DNA of 64,000 nt from the human T2T-CHM13v2.0 reference genome, Homo sapiens: assembly GCF_009914755.1 (NCBI RefSeq), contig NC_060925.1, one strand, 5' to 3'. Position numbers and translations under genes: made by a program. Positions within the stretch are counted from its first letter, which is position 1, and each line of letters opens with the position of its first letter. The notes beneath the pieces are model-generated. The model had not been told where the DNA came from. It was given only the letters and a program-made list of their open reading frames with translations, and searched no databases. Shown here in pieces: positions 60,124-64,000 of the stretch.

Positions 60124-60743
60124 TCAGGTATAATCATTTGAACAGACCACTTGTTCAGACTCTTTTGATGAATCTGTTCCTCTCAGGGTAAATTCCTAAT
60201 TCAGCAGTCCTGTAGTTTTCCAAAAATGTCATGTGCTTTTATTGCTCTGTCTCCCCACATATGCTGTCCCTCACCAGAGATTCCCCCTTCCCCTTCCTGG
60301 TCATGCTGTCACCTGTTGTGGAAGCCTTTGGTAATTCCTCCTAATTCCAAGTGTCCCATAGTAAACTCATATCACTTCTGTTTAGCAAGGGATAAATGCG
60401 TCCATCAGCTGAGAGCCTGTATATGTATTCTTGTCATTCTGCCTAATGATGGTGCTCAAGAATACTTTAGAACTTTGGGTGAGCTCTGTTAATATTTGTC
60501 TCTCAGCAGTGAATATTTGTTGCTTGCACTAGTCACTAGGGAAACAGCAGGGAATTAAGACCTAGCTTCTAGGAACTTACAGCTTCACAGATAAGATAAT
60601 TAAAGTTTGGTGGGATAAGGTTGCTGAGGGTGCCACTAGACCTTCAAGAGTCACCCAGTACAGGTTGGGTTAAGAGAGAGAAGGTTGGGAGGGCCTTCAG
60701 AGGCAGCAGCACCCAACTCCCATCTTAAGAATAGCCAGGTGGG

Positions 60744-61426
60744 CTTTGCCGTGTCTACTGTGAAAATGAAGACCATTCACAGCAATCAGACTGTTGTCAT
60801 TCCAGAAAATGTCAACATTACCCTGAAGAGATGCACAGTTACTGTGAATGGCCCCAGAGGAACCATGCAGAGGGACTTCAGTCACATCAATGTAGAACTC
60901 AGTCTAAAGAGGCTCTGGAGTGCCACACGGTGGGGTAACAGAAAGGAACTGGCTACCGTTCGAACTGTTGGTAGTTATGTGCAGAACACGATCAAGGGTG
61001 TTACACTGGGCTTCTGTTACAAGATGAGGTCTGCGTATGCTCACTTCCCCACCGACATTGTTATCCAGGAGGATGGGTCTCTTGTTGAAATCCGAAATTT
61101 CTTGGATGAAAAATACACCCGCAGGGTTCAGATGAGACCAGGTGTTGCTTGTTCAGTATCTCAAGCCTAGAAAGATGAATTTAATCCTTGAAGGAAATGA
61201 CATCGAGCTTGTTTCAAATTCAGTTGCCTTGATTCAGCAAGCCACAACAGTTAAGGATATCAGGAAGTTTGGGGATGGTATCTATGTCTCTGAAAAAGGA
61301 ACTGTTCAGCAGGCTGATGAATAAGATCTAAGAGTTGTCCCGCTACAGAAACAACATGCTGGATGATTCCTAAGACCTATTGGTGATATTTAAATGATGC
61401 CATAAAAGACATTGATTTGGGAAGAA
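60744..61426 (+). pseudogene. RPL9 processed pseudogene (possibly RPL9P11, from memory)
   Basis: Intronless [16 protein letters not shown]...GTVQQADE* (60766-61324); premature TAG at 61168-61170, frameshift just after it, short in-frame deletions; 17-bp TSD aagaatagccaggtggg at 60727-60743 and 61427-61443. Confidence 0.95.
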
Positions 61427-62028
61427 AAGAATAGCCAGGTGGGGGCGGCAGAGAAGAGTCTTTTGGGCAGAGAGAAGGTGAGTGTAGAAATCTTGAGTCA
61501 AGAAAGCATGGTTAGGCTGGACTCGGTGCCTCACACCTGTAATCCCAGTACTTTGGGAGGCCGAGGTGTGCGGATCACTTGAGCTCAGGATTTCGAGACC
61601 AGCCTGGCCAACATGGTGAAACCCTGTCCTACAAAAATTAGCCGGGTGTGGTGTCATGCCTCGGGAGGCTGAGGCAGGAGAATGGCGTGAACCCGGGAGC
61701 CTGTAATCCCAGGGAGGCTGAAGCAGGAGAATTGCTTGAACCCAGAAGTTGAGGTTGCAGCTGAGATTGCACCATTGCACTCCACCCTAGGGGACAGAGT
61801 GAGTAAGACTCCATCTCAAAAAAATGAAAAAAGGAAAAAAGAAAAGAAAGCATGGTTAGTTCTGGGGAGCCATAAGACAGGGAGTGTAGTTGGCGTGTAG
61901 TACGTGCATCTGCGCTGGAGAAGGGAGTTATGGAAGAATAAGGCTGGAGGAGCAGGGGAGCCCGATCCTTCCCAGGCCTGAAAGGGAGTTTGGAGTTGGG
62001 CTTTGAGGGCAGTGGAAAGTCATCAGAG

Positions 62029-62261
62029 CAGTGGTCCTCAGGGGAAATGGAGGATGGAGGTAGGGGGTGCCCTCCAGGGGACATTCAGCATTTAAGTTTG
62101 GAGACATTTGAAGTTGCCACAACTTAGGTGAGTGTTTTTGGTGCCTAGTGTGAATAGAGGCCGGGATGCTGCTAAACCCTACAAGGCACATGACAGCCTG
62201 CTTCTCCCCAAACTGAATAGTTTAGCCCCAAATGTGAATAGCGCCAAGGGTGAGAAACTCT
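62029..62261 (-). mobile_element. MER20-like element
   Basis: cagtggtcctca...tggagacattt...agaggccgggatgctgctaaacc...gccccaaatgtgaatagcgccaagggtgagaaactctg. Confidence 0.75.
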
Positions 62262-62936
62262 GGATGTTTTGTTTTGTTTTGAGACAGAGTCTTACTCTGT
62301 TGTCCAGGCTGGAGTGCAGTGGTGCATCTCAGCTCACTGCGAGCTCCGCCTCCCGGGTGCACGCCATTCTCCTGCCTCAGCCTCCCGAGTAGCTGGGAAG
62401 TGCCCGCCACCATGCCCGGCTAATTTTTTGTATTTTTTAGTAGAGACGGGGTTTCACCGTGTTAGCCAGGATGGTCTCGATCTCCTGACCTCGTGATCTG
62501 CCCACCTCAGCCTCCCAAAGTGCTGGGAATACAGGTGTGAGCCACCGCACCCGGCCTCTGGATGGTTTTAAGCACGGGAGTTGCATGGTTGGATTTGTGT
62601 TAGAAAGGTCACTGCCGCTAAGGAGCGGGAACAGTCTATGCGGAGATAATAAAGAAGGGAGAGAGGCCAGCTGAGACTGAAGCCCAAGGGGCCCCAGGTC
62701 TGCGCCCGCTCGGAGGGGTCTGTGATGTGTGACCGGTGCACACCTAACTACACTCATCTGGTGGCTCACTCTTGCCTTGCAGCCAGGCAGTTCATAAATG
62801 CTTTTTGTCCTGGGGTAGGAGCCTCTAAACCTCATGGTTTTCATTTGCTGTTTTATTTTGATGTTTTATGATTTTATAAATTTAGCAATAATAGAATCTA
62901 TTTGGAGACGAGTGTGATCAGAAATCTAATAAGTAG

Positions 62937-63113
<177 letters not shown>

Positions 63114-63442
63114 TGATCATCCTTTACCTTTAACTTAGTCCTGTTTTCCACTGAAAGCATTCCCTGTGTCTCACGGCCTTGTGACTTAATCTAGCAGATA
63201 TACCGTGGTCAGCTATCTGGATTGTTGTCCTGATTGTTTTGCAGTTGTAGTTCCTCTGTGATGAGCCTTACTGCTCCCTGCAGCTCTTTCTAAAATTAGG
63301 TCAAATGCTAATGTTTTTATGAACATGTTTCTATGACTCTTGATACAGATGTAGCTAGTGTTCTGTGGGCCTGTCAGGTGTGCCAGCTACTTGGTCTGGC
63401 CTCACAGTGGGCTGGAGGTCAGCTGACAACAGTACAAAGATA

Positions 63443-64000
63443 TGTGGGAAAAACTCTCCTCAAACCATGTTTTTCCTCCACTGTCACACCACAACAGTCA
63501 TTGACACAGAAGATGACTTCTGTGACCAAATGTGTAGGGGGTTTTCCCCACACACACCAAACAGCGGACACCAGCTGGGTGTCCTCTCATTCACTTCCGA
63601 CACTGTCTACCAGGAGACAGCCCCACAGATTGGGGGCTCAGTCCCCAGGACTGCCCACCCCCCGCCCACCCACTTACCCACACACCAGTTGTATGTCTGG
63701 GCCTCCAGAGCTTCTGAACGACCAGCTTCAAGTTGGGGTTCCCATGACCCTCTCTTTGGATTCTATTAATGTGCTGGAGTGGCTCACAGAACTCAGGGAA
63801 ACACTTAATGTTTACTGGTTTGTTATAGAGGACATCGCAAGGATACAGAAGAAGAGACAGGTAGGGCCAGGTACAGAGTAAGGGGCGTGGAGCTTTCATA
63901 CCCTCCCCGGGGGCCACCCTCCAGGAGCCTCCATGCGATCAGCTCTGGAAGCTCCCTGAACCCTGTCCTCTTGGGTTTTTCTGGAAGCTTCATGTCAGCA
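63443..64000. mobile_element. ERV LTR (MER21-like), truncated by window end
   Basis: acttctgtgaccaaatgtgt...ggacaccagctgggtgtcctc...gctggagtggctcacagaactcagggaaacactta. Confidence 0.72.

Noticed and set aside
60685-61324. 161-aa and 60-aa ORFs as a functional RPL9
   Set aside because: Non-ATG starts, premature stop, frameshift, deletions and TSDs indicate a processed pseudogene.
63333-63917. 182-aa ORF near the right edge as a further exon or gene
   Set aside because: Lies in a MER21-like LTR and does not resemble the expected continuation of the carrier protein.

Overview
Human genomic DNA. The species call rests on a pristine AluYa5 and on recognising the SLC25A33 protein; the locus is 1p36 from memory. 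Bases 1-23.5 kb are intergenic and almost entirely interspersed repeats (dense, nested Alus, ERV LTRs, old L1, MIR/L2). A CpG-island promoter at about 23.6-24.7 kb drives SLC25A33 (mitochondrial pyrimidine nucleotide carrier PNC1) on the + strand. Coding exons 1-5 are present (56+180+78+101+67 = 482 nt, codons 1-160, all introns GT-AG) and the gene runs off the right edge in intron 5. Other recognisable inserts: a ~205 bp mitochondrial 12S rRNA NUMT inside a hAT DNA transposon, with a fold-back at its junction; a TSD-flanked RPL9 processed pseudogene; a 35-nt U2 snRNA retrofragment; an LTR2-like solo LTR nested in an Alu; a 207-bp local templated duplication into an Alu; and a G-rich minisatellite. 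Nearly all ORFs in the supplied track are Alu or GC-content artefacts. I found no convincing new biological system. The best leads are insertion/repair scars and testable regulatory hypotheses (a uORF, and a stop-free exon 2-5 circle). Repeat family names come from remembered consensus sequences and need RepeatMasker/Dfam confirmation.
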